Part shown: in pieces, positions 53,796 to 63,016 of the stretch
Layout: every line of letters begins with the position of its first letter
Numbering within the stretch: the stretch's first letter is position 1
From: a virus
Strand: one strand, 5' to 3'
Virus record (IMG/VR): IMGVR_UViG_3300013738_000004
Coordinates: 1,931 to 65,930 of that record
Length of the DNA: 64,000 nucleotides
Made by a program: the position numbers and the translations under genes
The notes under the pieces: model-generated
Seen by the model: the letters and a program-made list of their open reading frames with translations, nothing else
Database searches by the model: none
Told to the model about the DNA's origin: nothing

Positions 53796-54511
53796 TGGCT
53801 ACTGGCGATCAAACCGATGTCTTCGCGCGCCTGAAGGCAGCCCTTCCGCAGCGCTGGTTCGGCTCGACATCGGACTCGATGCCGGTTGTCGATTCACTGC
53901 TGACGGGATTCACGACCGGACTAAGTTTCGTTTATTCGTTGTATGCGTATGCGAGAGCCCAGTGCCGCCTTTCAAGTGCTAGCGACGGATTCCTCGATTT
54001 AATCGCTAGCGATTTCTTCGGCTCGACAATCCAACGCAAGGCCAACCAGTCGGATGCATCCTTCAAGGCAGTTATTCAGGCGAATCTGTTCGCCGAAAAG
54101 GCGACGCGCAAAGGGGTCGTCAACGCGCTCACAACGTTGACCGGGCGCGCGCCCGTCGTGCTTGAGCCTAATCGCCCCGCCGACATTGCGATCATGGGTG
54201 CGCCGACTGTCGGCGGCCAGAACTACATGGGCATCCAGACTGGCATGTATTCCGGACCAGCGCGAATGGGTTCGATGTCGGTTCCATATCAAGCGTTCAT
54301 CACAGCCTACCGCCCGCAAGTGACGGGGGGATCGGCTGGCGGCGCATTCATGGATGCGCCCAAACAGGCGGCACTCAATACCCCGCTCGCGAAGTCGTAC
54401 ATGAACTCGCTGACGTTTCAGACCTCTGGCGCGACAGACGCAGACATCTACCAAGCCGCAGATCAGGCAAAGCCCGCAGGAACGATCCTGTGGGTCGCCA
54501 TCACGAATTGA
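53795..54511 (+). CDS. Baseplate/tail protein (gpI-like)
   Basis: Follows J; FLDLIASDFFG...KPAGTILWV. Confidence 0.75.
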   Translation: MATGDQTDVFARLKAALPQRWFGSTSDSMPVVDSLLTGFTTGLSFVYSLYAYARAQCRLSSASDGFLDLIASDFFGSTIQRKANQSDASFKAVIQANLFAEKATRKGVVNALTTLTGRAPVVLEPNRPADIAIMGAPTVGGQNYMGIQTGMYSGPARMGSMSVPYQAFITAYRPQVTGGSAGGAFMDAPKQAALNTPLAKSYMNSLTFQTSGATDADIYQAADQAKPAGTILWVAITN

Positions 54512-54611
54512 CAAGCATGCCTAATCTATTTCGGCTAAAATAGCGAGACCCGCTCGGTGCTACTAACACCTTGCGGGCCTCTGACCAAGCCAACCTATCT
54601 GAGAGGTCAAC

Positions 54612-55286
54612 ATGGCTGTCTATGATTCTACCCCAATCGGTGCGGTGTTCTCGCGCCTCACCGTGATTGGCTCGCCTTTCAAGCCGGATACCGGCAAGCA
54701 TGCCAAGTGGCATGTGATGTGCCGCTGCGAGTGCGGGGCCGAGAAATCCGTTATGTGTCGCTCGCTCACAACCGGCGTGACGAAGGCTTGTGGATGCCTG
54801 AAGGGACTCAAGGGCATCCCCAACCTGAAAAACAGGCGACATGGCCATACGGCGGGAGACAAAAAGACTTCTCCGACGTACATGAGCTGGCGCGCGATGA
54901 TGCAGCGCTGCTATGACGAACCGAATGTCGATTACCACAATTACGGTGGACGTGGCATCGTTGTTTGCGAGCGGTGGCGCGAATCTTTCGAGAATTTTCT
55001 CGTCGACATGGGCGAGCGTCCCACAGGAATGACGCTTGATCGCTTTCCCGACACGAGCGGCAACTATGAGCCGAACAATTGCCGCTGGGCAACAGCCCGC
55101 GAGCAGGCCAGCAATAAGAGGAACAACGTCCTGCTAATGCATAACGGCGAGATGAAGACCGGATCGCAGATTGCGCGAGAAATTGGCATGAAGCCAACAG
55201 TTTTCCTGTGCCGCCTCGAAAAAGGATGGTCACTTGAGCGTGCCATCTTGCAGCCTCTTAGGCGCAGCCCAGCAAAAGCGCCGTAA
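54612..55286 (+). CDS. HNH homing endonuclease-like protein
   Basis: CRCECG, YMSWRAMMQRCY, YGGRGIVVCERW, TLDRF.D..GNYEPNNCRWAT..EQ..N. Confidence 0.9.
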   Translation: MAVYDSTPIGAVFSRLTVIGSPFKPDTGKHAKWHVMCRCECGAEKSVMCRSLTTGVTKACGCLKGLKGIPNLKNRRHGHTAGDKKTSPTYMSWRAMMQRCYDEPNVDYHNYGGRGIVVCERWRESFENFLVDMGERPTGMTLDRFPDTSGNYEPNNCRWATAREQASNKRNNVLLMHNGEMKTGSQIAREIGMKPTVFLCRLEKGWSLERAILQPLRRSPAKAP

Positions 55287-55306
55287 CGCAAGGCCAAACA
55301 GTCCAC

Positions 55307-55338
55307 AACCCCGCCACTGAGCGGGGTTTTCTTTTTTA
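55307..55338 (+). terminator. Intrinsic terminator with CACTG loop
   Basis: AACCCCGC-CACTGA-GCGGGGTT followed by a T-run. Confidence 0.75.
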
Positions 55339-55378
55339 TAGCCCGCCGCGCGCGGGCTTTTCTGTTTTCGGAGATCGG

Positions 55379-57100
55379 ATGGATCGCCTCATTACGAACG
55401 TCGGGGAAAGTATCTACGAGTGGATGCTGAGTAAACCCGACCAGAACACGATGGTCGGCCTCGCCAAACTCTCGGCGGCCATGCTCGGCTCCAGCACCAT
55501 CGTCAACGGATTGTCGTGCGTTCCGACCGGCCCCGCATCGTTGCAGGTTGTCGTTAATCCCGGCGAGATTTACTCGCTCGCCAACCTGGAAGCAAGTGTT
55601 TGCGGCACGCTCCCGACCGATAGCCACCAGATCGTCAAGCAAGGCGTCATCCTTGATGCCTACACGAGCGCTGCTGGCGCACTCCCCGCGCCCGGCTCTG
55701 CCGGTCAATCGGTCAATTATCTGATCGAGGCGCAGTACGCTGACTCAGACATCAGCATTGACCCGACGACCGGAACCACGCCTGTCGTTCTGCAGTTCTA
55801 CAACTCCAGCAACCCGCAGACTCCGTATAGCGGCCCGGGTGGTCTTGGCGCGACCAGCACAACCTTCCGCAAGGGCGTTGTGTCGCTGCAGATCAAGGCT
55901 GGTGCCGCGGCAACGACGGGCTCACAGACGACTCCTTCGCCTGACGCCGGTTGGACTGGCCTCTGGGTCGTCACCGTCGCGAACGGCCAGACGCAGATCC
56001 TCGCCGGCAACATCGCCCAGTACGCAGGCGCACCAATCCTCCCGTCGTCCCTGCTCGCCTCAATCCAGAACGGCAACCTGTCGTATGCCGTCGCCACTGG
56101 CACGGCCAACGCGCATGTCGTCGCACTGACGCCTGCTCTCGCGTCCCGCGTCGACGGCATGGTGATCCGTTACAAGGCGCCGGCTGCGAATACGACTGCG
56201 CTGACGCTAAATGACGGGCTTGGCGCTGTCGCCGTGGTGGGCGGTGCCCACGCAGCCCTGCAAGGCGGCGAAACGGTCACGAACGGCGATGTCTGGGTGC
56301 AGTGGAACAGCTCGATCGGCGGTGGTTCGTACATCATGCTCGACTCGAGCGGGGGCGCCCTCCAAATCGCCCCCGCCACGCAGAGCCAGCATGCGGTGCA
56401 ATTGGGGCAGGTGCAATTCTCCGGAACGAACTACGCGACGACGACCGGCTCGGCGAATACGTATGCCGTTACCCTGTCGCCGGCTCCGGCAGCGATCACT
56501 GATGGGTTCAAGTTGCGGCTGAAGATCAACGCGACGAATACTGGCGCTTCGACGCTGAACGTTAATGGCGCTGGCGTTGTTGCGATTCTGGGTGGGGCGG
56601 CGCAGCCGTTGCAGACGGCTGAATTGGTGGTAAACGGATATGTTGAGCTCGAATATTCTAGTTTTGTTGGTTCATGGCTGATTACGAGCCCCTGTACGGG
56701 CGCCAACCAGCAGGTTGTTGCCGGGTCCAAGACGCTGCACGCGATCAACCGCAGCCAGGTTCTGTCGCTTGAACCACCGAACAACAGCGCGAACATTTCC
56801 TCGCCAGCCGCAAGCACGGCATACCCGATCAGCGTATCGATCACCGTTCCCTCAACCGGATCGGTGTGCGTAATCGGAACACTTTCTGGCACGACAGCGA
56901 ACAACCCAACCGCGACACTTGCAATTACTGGCGTAACGACGCTAGGCCCGATCTCGTATGGCCCATCGATGAGCCTGCTCAATTCCATAAACGTAACGCA
57001 GGGGCAGTCGATCACCGCAACGCTGACCTGTAACACGGGCGGCGCCATTCCTGGCGGTTTCTACATGTCGCTGCTGATGATCTTCAACCCGACGCCCTGA
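55379..57100 (+). CDS. Tail fibre protein
   Basis: Conserved-type N-terminus; two internal YA..TG.AN...V.L.PA modules; ATQSQHAV motif. Confidence 0.88.
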   Translation: MDRLITNVGESIYEWMLSKPDQNTMVGLAKLSAAMLGSSTIVNGLSCVPTGPASLQVVVNPGEIYSLANLEASVCGTLPTDSHQIVKQGVILDAYTSAAGALPAPGSAGQSVNYLIEAQYADSDISIDPTTGTTPVVLQFYNSSNPQTPYSGPGGLGATSTTFRKGVVSLQIKAGAAATTGSQTTPSPDAGWTGLWVVTVANGQTQILAGNIAQYAGAPILPSSLLASIQNGNLSYAVATGTANAHVVALTPALASRVDGMVIRYKAPAANTTALTLNDGLGAVAVVGGAHAALQGGETVTNGDVWVQWNSSIGGGSYIMLDSSGGALQIAPATQSQHAVQLGQVQFSGTNYATTTGSANTYAVTLSPAPAAITDGFKLRLKINATNTGASTLNVNGAGVVAILGGAAQPLQTAELVVNGYVELEYSSFVGSWLITSPCTGANQQVVAGSKTLHAINRSQVLSLEPPNNSANISSPAASTAYPISVSITVPSTGSVCVIGTLSGTTANNPTATLAITGVTTLGPISYGPSMSLLNSINVTQGQSITATLTCNTGGAIPGGFYMSLLMIFNPTP

Positions 57101-57101
57101 T

Positions 57102-57548
57102 ATGACGACGCTCACCTATTATCTTATGCATGATGCTTCCGGCAATGTGATCGGCTCCGGGATCACCAATGCAGCGACAATCGATCCGACGACTCAGGCG
57201 GTCACGTTTAGCGATCCAAACTGCATTGCCTGCACCGAGGCGCAATACGGGAATTCGTCGGCCTACATGGTCGACATGACGCAGACGCCGCCTGCCATCG
57301 CCTCGCTACCGGCCGCTGAGCTCCAGGCTTTGCAACAGGCCGACACGGTTGCAGCGAATACTGCAACGCAGGTGAACCTGATGGCGGCTGCAAATGCGGC
57401 GACCTTGGGCATGGCGGATGCATTTTCCGCCGGCCTGCTCAACGCAACCGATACCGCAACGTTCAAATCGTGGGCTGCCTATAAGCTTGCGCTCGCGAAA
57501 GTTACTCTGACGCAGACATCTCCTGCGTGGCCTGCGCTGCCCGCATAG
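57102..57548 (+). CDS. Tail fibre assembly chaperone
   Basis: C-terminal WAAYKLALAKV......WP.LP. Confidence 0.85.
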   Translation: MTTLTYYLMHDASGNVIGSGITNAATIDPTTQAVTFSDPNCIACTEAQYGNSSAYMVDMTQTPPAIASLPAAELQALQQADTVAANTATQVNLMAAANAATLGMADAFSAGLLNATDTATFKSWAAYKLALAKVTLTQTSPAWPALPA

Positions 57549-58677
57549 TCCCAAAGCCGTCGTCACTGCGATTCAGCATCCGCTGTGCGATGGCCTTTCC
57601 TTTCATCTGGAAGGGCTTCTCGACGAACCGGAAATTCAATTCTGCGGCGATGCCTGTAATAGCGAGCGCGGTGAGCAAATAACGCAGGGTAAATGTCGAA
57701 TCGAACACCGTGCCAGCGGGCTCGATCGATGCCCATATTTCCCGCGTGAAAAGGTAGGCTGGCACGTGGATGAGATAGATCGAGTACGACCTGGAGCCAA
57801 TCCACAGAAGGATGTTGCGAGCCTTCGACGCAGGCATTAGATAGCCGTGATCATATGAGGCAAGCCAAACGGCGATAGCCCCAATGATGGCCACCATCCC
57901 GGTATAGAAGCTCACGATCTCGTATCGTGTGGTAGCGACAAACGCGACCAGCAACATCGGTGGAATAATGAACCGGAGTGCAGTCGATGTAATTCGGGGA
58001 TCAAGCATCTTGTATTCTGTCGTTCGCGAGAACATCGCGAGGAGAACGCCGAGGCACAACGCGTCTGAGCGAATGAAGTACGGGAGTCCAACCCACGCCT
58101 CTCGATGCAGGAAGACTTGGGCCAGCACTGCGGCAATCAGAAACAACCTAAGACGCTTTCCGCACAGAAGGATGACGAAAGGGAGCGCCAGATAGAATTG
58201 CTCTTCGAGTGAAAGCGTCCAGTAGGGCAAGTAAAGTCCGCATGTCCCGCTTCCCACTGTGCAGCCGTAGTAATGCAAATTGGCAACGTGGAGCACTGCG
58301 GCAACCACATCACTGATGCTTGGCGCGGTGAAGTAATAGATCTTCGTGTGAACCGCGAAGACCCCGAAGAGGAGCGGCAACGCGAGCCAAAGCCACGCAG
58401 ACGGCGCGATCCGGTAAAACCGCTTGAGCCAGAATGCGCCAACCTCTCGCCAGAACTCGACACCCTTCTTTCCGTCTATGCGGGGCAAGAGGGGGCGCGA
58501 GATAACGTATCCCGATATGACGAAAAACAGGTCGACACCAGCCCAGAGGCCGGTGCCAAAGCTATGCCACCTGTCAGGCTCCCAATTGAACAGAGCTTGG
58601 AGGTGGTGCCCCATTACCAACAGGATCGCCACTGCGCGCAAGACCTGAATTTCGTCGTTGTATCGCTGTTGCATCAT
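57502..58677 (-). CDS. Acyltransferase-3 (OafA/Oac-like O-acetyltransferase)
   Basis: IQVLRAVAILLV..HH, GVDLFFVISGY, RFYRI.P, WTLSLEEQFY, IGSRSYSIYLIH, VEKP. Confidence 0.93.
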   Translation of the reverse strand: MMQQRYNDEIQVLRAVAILLVMGHHLQALFNWEPDRWHSFGTGLWAGVDLFFVISGYVISRPLLPRIDGKKGVEFWREVGAFWLKRFYRIAPSAWLWLALPLLFGVFAVHTKIYYFTAPSISDVVAAVLHVANLHYYGCTVGSGTCGLYLPYWTLSLEEQFYLALPFVILLCGKRLRLFLIAAVLAQVFLHREAWVGLPYFIRSDALCLGVLLAMFSRTTEYKMLDPRITSTALRFIIPPMLLVAFVATTRYEIVSFYTGMVAIIGAIAVWLASYDHGYLMPASKARNILLWIGSRSYSIYLIHVPAYLFTREIWASIEPAGTVFDSTFTLRYLLTALAITGIAAELNFRFVEKPFQMKGKAIAQRMLNRSDDGFGTMRAAQATQEMSASE

Positions 58678-58734
58678 TTCGGAAGGATTGACAAGGGCCG
58701 GGCGATTATCGCACGCCCTTGGTCAAGTTTCTCG

Positions 58735-59445
58735 CTAGAACACATTCACCCTGTACTTCGCGAGTAAGACATGAGTCCCCGACCACACAGGCGGATACGG
58801 GTTATCGGCCGTCACTCCTTCCTTGTTGGCAAAGTACTGATAGTTCAGGCTGAAGTTCTTGTAGCCCACGGATGCGCCGACCACATACCCAAGCTTCCAT
58901 TGGGCCTTGTTCTCGACATGGATGTTGGTCGGGGCAGCATCGGGCGATGACCGCCATCCCTGCACATCGACCGACCACGTGTTTTTGAACAGGTACGGCC
59001 CAGCCTCGACACCGAAGCGCCATCCGCCGAGGTTGTAGTGCGGCTCCAGCGTCAGGATGAAGCCACTGTTGTGCCCGCTACCGAGGTAGTTCGCCATCGG
59101 CCAGCAGGCACCGTTGCAGGACTTTGTTTGCAGGTTGTAATTCGCGTCTGATGGGGTTGCAAGGCCCTGCGTATGGACGGTCGCAAGCCAGACGTAATCG
59201 GCGTGCCATGCGAGGCCCCAGCGCGGGCGGCTGAGAATGTCTCCGGTCAAACCGACTTCTATAGCCGGCGCGGTCAGGTGGAGGTTGTGTTCGAATCCAT
59301 CCTGGATCCAAAGACCGTCAGGACCACGCTGGTAGGCGCTTCCGCCGATGCCAGCCTCGATCTCGAAGAAGGTTTTGGCCGATGCATTCTGAATCGTCAG
59401 GGCGAGCGCCGCCCCCGCGACGAGCGCGGTCAGTTTTGCTTTCAT
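58735..59445 (-). CDS. Exported, probable outer-membrane beta-barrel protein
   Basis: Signal peptide; alternating beta-strands rich in aromatic residues; C-terminal F. Confidence 0.65.
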   Translation of the reverse strand: MKAKLTALVAGAALALTIQNASAKTFFEIEAGIGGSAYQRGPDGLWIQDGFEHNLHLTAPAIEVGLTGDILSRPRWGLAWHADYVWLATVHTQGLATPSDANYNLQTKSCNGACWPMANYLGSGHNSGFILTLEPHYNLGGWRFGVEAGPYLFKNTWSVDVQGWRSSPDAAPTNIHVENKAQWKLGYVVGASVGYKNFSLNYQYFANKEGVTADNPYPPVWSGTHVLLAKYRVNVF

Positions 59446-59449
59446 GGTG

Positions 59450-60328
59450 TTAGCTCCCGATGAGCGTCTTGACGAGTGGCGCTATCACGGCTTGAGCCTG
59501 TTGCGCCTCGATGTTGTTCAGATATGCATCCGGGATCTCGCAGTTCTGCATATGCGCAGCCCAATCCGGGATGGTCTTGACGTATGAGTACAGGCCGATC
59601 ACGGGCACATTGAGCTGCTGCCCGACGCTATCGATGACGCCGACGTATTGACCCTGGAAGGGGTCGCTGGAATCGCAGACTGGCGCTGGTTCCTGAAGGA
59701 CGGGCGTGATGCCGTTGGCCTGGGCATCCTCGACCCACTGGATGAGGTCGGCCTGGAACTGTTCGACCGTTTCGCCGCCAAGGAAGTCATGCAGGCTATG
59801 CGCCTCGACTGCGATTTTTGCGCCTGACGCGGCCATGCGTGCGGGTTGGGCCTGGCCGCCGCCATCTACGCCCGCCAATTCGTTTTGCAGGCTCGATGCG
59901 GAGCCGCCCGTGCTCGCGTTCGTCACGGTCACGCCGGTATCGTTGAACGCGGCTTGCAAGAGAGATTGAAGCGATGCGGGCTGGGTTGGCGAGGTCATCG
60001 CGAGGCCGCCATACTGGCCGATGACGTCGCCTTGAGTCTGGTCATCGCCGTAAAAAACGATGTCTATCAGGGGTGTTGACGCTGGCGCTGGAGCCGACGC
60101 GACAGGCTCAGACGCTGCTGGCGCAGATGCCGCAACCGGCGCGCTTGCCTCAGGTGTCGAAGTCGGCTCGCTAGCCGCCTGTGTTGCCGATGCTGGCGTG
60201 ACGACTTGCGCGGTTGACTTGGGAGCGGTTGCAACGATGTCGGGCGCTGTGGTGGGCTTTGATTCGCCGCCACAGGCCGATAGCAGAGCGAGCAGCCACG
60301 CGGCTGCGATATACTTGAAGCGATTCAT
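59450..60328 (-). CDS. Lipoprotein with SGNH/GDSL-like domain
   Basis: Lipobox LSAC, Ala/Pro/Ser linker, IVFYGDD block, ITPVLQEP. Confidence 0.7.
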   Translation of the reverse strand: MNRFKYIAAAWLLALLSACGGESKPTTAPDIVATAPKSTAQVVTPASATQAASEPTSTPEASAPVAASAPAASEPVASAPAPASTPLIDIVFYGDDQTQGDVIGQYGGLAMTSPTQPASLQSLLQAAFNDTGVTVTNASTGGSASSLQNELAGVDGGGQAQPARMAASGAKIAVEAHSLHDFLGGETVEQFQADLIQWVEDAQANGITPVLQEPAPVCDSSDPFQGQYVGVIDSVGQQLNVPVIGLYSYVKTIPDWAAHMQNCEIPDAYLNNIEAQQAQAVIAPLVKTLIGS

Positions 60329-60404
60329 GGTAGGTCTCTCTCAAAGTTGTCTACCGTGGGTCATGCGCCCTGCCCGGTTGCCGCCGGTGCGGGGCGCGAC
60401 TGTT

Positions 60405-61256
60405 TTAGGCGGCCTTCGATGTGAACTCAGAGAACCGCGTTAGCACCTCAGAGACATGTTCATAACGGAGCATTTCGATCGCGCATTCATATAAGCCGTA
60501 TGGAACCTCCAAGACCGGCCAGCCGCACTCCCCGGATAGTTCGCGTGCGAATATAGTGAGACTATCAAGCGCAGCAAATGTCGATATGCTGGTCTGTTGG
60601 TGAGGGTTCCGCTCCCCTATATCCGCAGCCATCTCGCTCGATTGGACGCCGAACTCCAGCATCTCCGAGATCGCCTCTCGGGCGATTTTCACCATGACAG
60701 AACATGACGTTTCGTCGTCTTCGTCCACGCTCTCCCATGCGTCAGCCAATCGAGTGCCGATAGCATGAATTTTCGCTAGGCACGACAGCGTGACCCCCGT
60801 GTTATCAAAGAGGGGCATCGGCTTGCCGGGCCCAAGCAACTGTTGAGCGGAATTCGCCTCGGAATCCTGAGCCCACCAGCGCTTGAAGGTTTCAACGACG
60901 GCCTCTCCTCGTTGCCTTTCGGTTTCAATCTCCCTCTGCAGAGCGGAGTCGATGCTTTCATCGCTGACCGTTTCGAGGTCCATGGCTCGGATTTGTTGAA
61001 CGATTTCGTCGAAATCCGTCGTGAACCATTCGCCAATGCCTCTGTCGGATGCGAAATGCTTGTGAAGAGTTGCCTCAGTGTCTCTGTGCCCTTTGTGCAG
61101 TAGGCTAATGAAACGCCGCGCAGTGGCGGTTCCGGACATTCTCAGGATGCCATCGATGCGCCTCCCTGGATTCTGTGAACATCCAATCTTTCGGCGGTTG
61201 CCCAAATCGATAACGTAGACGTACCCAAATCGGGTTGGCAGACGGTCGCGGCTCAT
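60405..61256 (-). CDS. GIY-YIG-like (T5orf172/MUG113) domain protein
   Basis: GYVYVI...KIG.S.NP.RR...E..LH..F...R..GEWF. Confidence 0.85.
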   Translation of the reverse strand: MSRDRLPTRFGYVYVIDLGNRRKIGCSQNPGRRIDGILRMSGTATARRFISLLHKGHRDTEATLHKHFASDRGIGEWFTTDFDEIVQQIRAMDLETVSDESIDSALQREIETERQRGEAVVETFKRWWAQDSEANSAQQLLGPGKPMPLFDNTGVTLSCLAKIHAIGTRLADAWESVDEDDETSCSVMVKIAREAISEMLEFGVQSSEMAADIGERNPHQQTSISTFAALDSLTIFARELSGECGWPVLEVPYGLYECAIEMLRYEHVSEVLTRFSEFTSKAA

Positions 61257-61273
61257 TTATTCTCCAGTTGAAA

Positions 61274-61342
61274 CCTTCATCATGAAGGCATTAGCACATC
61301 CTAGCCGGTCTTCATAATGAAGGCAAGCTTTTATTATGAAGG
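61274..61342. promoter_or_regulatory. Three palindromic operator copies TTCATnATGAAG
   Basis: CCTTCATCATGAAGG at 61274, CTTCATAATGAAG at 61310 and a degenerate copy at 61329, between divergent genes. Confidence 0.7.
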
Positions 61343-61363
61343 CGCGCGTGCTATGCTTCGGGC

Positions 61364-61591
61364 ATGGCTACCTCAATCGACCAATCGGACTTCATGAAGA
61401 CGGCGCTCCGGCTGCCGCGCGACTTGCACGCGTGGCTGATGGAGTTCGCCGGGACACAAGACATATCGCTGAACGCTGTGATTGTTCAGATACTTGACGA
61501 GAAGCGCGGCAAGTTGCCGGTAGTCGAGATCAGCGGGAAGTCTCTGGACGAAATCGAGGCGCGATTGCGCCACGCACTGAAGACCAAATAA
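61364..61591 (+). CDS. Arc-like ribbon-helix-helix regulator
   Basis: KTALRLPRDLHAWLMEFA....ISLNAVIVQIL. Confidence 0.88.
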   Translation: MATSIDQSDFMKTALRLPRDLHAWLMEFAGTQDISLNAVIVQILDEKRGKLPVVEISGKSLDEIEARLRHALKTK

Positions 61592-61593
61592 CT

Positions 61594-61617
61594 AGCCGCC
61601 CACGAGGCGGCTTTTTT
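61594..61617 (+). terminator. Intrinsic terminator
   Basis: AGCCGCC...GGCGGCT followed by a T-run. Confidence 0.7.
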
Positions 61618-61684
61618 ACGACCACATACCAGCCACCTCCGGGTGGCTTTTTTATTTCCGGGGCCACCGCAATTGGACGACAAG

Positions 61685-62008
61685 ATGATCTCCATGCCCG
61701 ACGACGAGTTTCGACTCCACGTCGTTGAACGATTGAACGCCCAGGACGAAGCGATCCAGGAAAACACAACGCTCACAAAGAGCATTGCCGAAGACACGGC
61801 GTTCATTCGCGCGACGTGGGCCGATGGTGTCGCTGTCGTGCGGTTTGGATGCCGTCTCGCCGCGGCGTGGCGATTCCTGTTGAGGCAGGTTGTTGTGCCT
61901 GTCGGGCTGCCGGGAGTGTTCCTGTATGCGCTCTGGTACTACGCGCATTACCACGAAGTACCCGGCGCCATAGCCGACATGTACAAGCTCATCAAGATCC
62001 TGCTCTAA
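61685..62008 (+). CDS. Putative holin
   Basis: Small; C-terminal hydrophobic segment; upstream of the endolysin. Confidence 0.55.
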   Translation: MISMPDDEFRLHVVERLNAQDEAIQENTTLTKSIAEDTAFIRATWADGVAVVRFGCRLAAAWRFLLRQVVVPVGLPGVFLYALWYYAHYHEVPGAIADMYKLIKILL

Positions 62009-62030
62009 CCCGCTTCGGCGGGTTTTTTAT
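62007..62030 (+). terminator. Intrinsic terminator
   Basis: AACCCGC-TTCG-GCGGGTT followed by a T-run. Confidence 0.7.
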
Positions 62031-62040
62031 TGGGCGTCGC

Positions 62041-62397
62041 ATGAAACACGAAATCCACTGGCTCCCCGACGTCGAGGATCACGACTACCCGGCCGCGCTC
62101 AGCTACCTGTCCCTGTTCTTCGACGCACCTCAGGCGCAGGCATTGGTAGACGAGTTGCGAGCTGCGCCGATGTCCTCGTTCAAGGCGAAAGACATCGCTC
62201 GTGCGTCAGGCCTGACTCTGCTCGGCGCCGACAACCGACACGTCACGCACAACCTGAAGAAGATCGCGGCCGATGCCCGGTTGTCGCCCCTCCTTCTGGT
62301 TCGCGGCGAATCCCTATGTGTCGCTGACGGATTCCATCGACTGAGTGCGGTGCATCTGCTGGATGAGGATGCGCTGGTGCCCTGCAAGATCGTGTAG
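62041..62397 (+). CDS. ParB/Srx-like domain small protein
   Basis: LSPLLLVRG...VADGFHRLSA motif. Confidence 0.6.
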   Translation: MKHEIHWLPDVEDHDYPAALSYLSLFFDAPQAQALVDELRAAPMSSFKAKDIARASGLTLLGADNRHVTHNLKKIAADARLSPLLLVRGESLCVADGFHRLSAVHLLDEDALVPCKIV

Positions 62398-62440
62398 GCG
62401 AATCAGGCCCGCTCGGCGGGTTTTCTTTTTGGAGGCGCGT

Positions 62441-62926
62441 ATGCCAGTCATCACCGCAGCCCAAGCCGGCGGCGCCAACCGCTGCGCTTTCCTCGACGCA
62501 ATCGCGAACAGCGAAATCGGCGCAGCGCTATTAGCCAAGACTGACAATGGCTACAACGTTCTCGTCGGCTCCACGCCGGCACATCCGCTGACCTTCCCGA
62601 ACTATGCGGCGCATCCCGACATCCTGAATCGCACGCTCAACTCGACCGCGGCGGGCCGGTACCAGCTGCTGTACCGCTACTGGCTGAGCTACAGCAAGAT
62701 GCTCAACCTGCCCGACTTCGGCCCTCTCTCGCAAGACAGGATCGCACTCCAGCAGATCCGCGAGTGCAATGCGCTAGCTGATATCGATGCAGGCAACTTT
62801 GCGCATGCGGTAGCGCTGTGCTCGCGGATATGGGCATCGCTTCCGGGATCGCCCTATGGGCAGCACACGAATGCGATTGCGCTGCTGCAAGGCTATTTCA
62901 CCGCGGCAGGCGGGACGCTCGCGTAG
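62441..62926 (+). CDS. Endolysin, lambda-R-type lysozyme/transglycosylase
   Basis: AFLDAIANSE, GYNVLVG, HP, STAAGRYQLL..W, QDRIALQQI, WASLPG..YGQ. Confidence 0.93.
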   Translation: MPVITAAQAGGANRCAFLDAIANSEIGAALLAKTDNGYNVLVGSTPAHPLTFPNYAAHPDILNRTLNSTAAGRYQLLYRYWLSYSKMLNLPDFGPLSQDRIALQQIRECNALADIDAGNFAHAVALCSRIWASLPGSPYGQHTNAIALLQGYFTAAGGTLA

Positions 62927-62976
62927 GTATCACTCACACGCATAAACCCAAAAAATCGCTGTAGCCGATATTCACC

Positions 62977-63007
62977 AAAGCCCGCCACTGCGCGGGCTTT
63001 TTCTTTT
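62977..63007 (+). terminator. Intrinsic terminator with CACTG loop
   Basis: AAAGCCCGC-CACTGC-GCGGGCTTT followed by a T-run. Confidence 0.75.
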
Positions 63008-63016
63008 GCAGAAGCC

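Noticed and set aside
54508-54541. Sigma70 promoter TTGACA...TAAAAT for the HNH gene
   Set aside because: The 22-bp spacing is too long.
61685-61696. Lambda-S-style dual-start holin motif
   Set aside because: It reads M-I-S-M without the charged Lys, and the holin call itself is only moderate.
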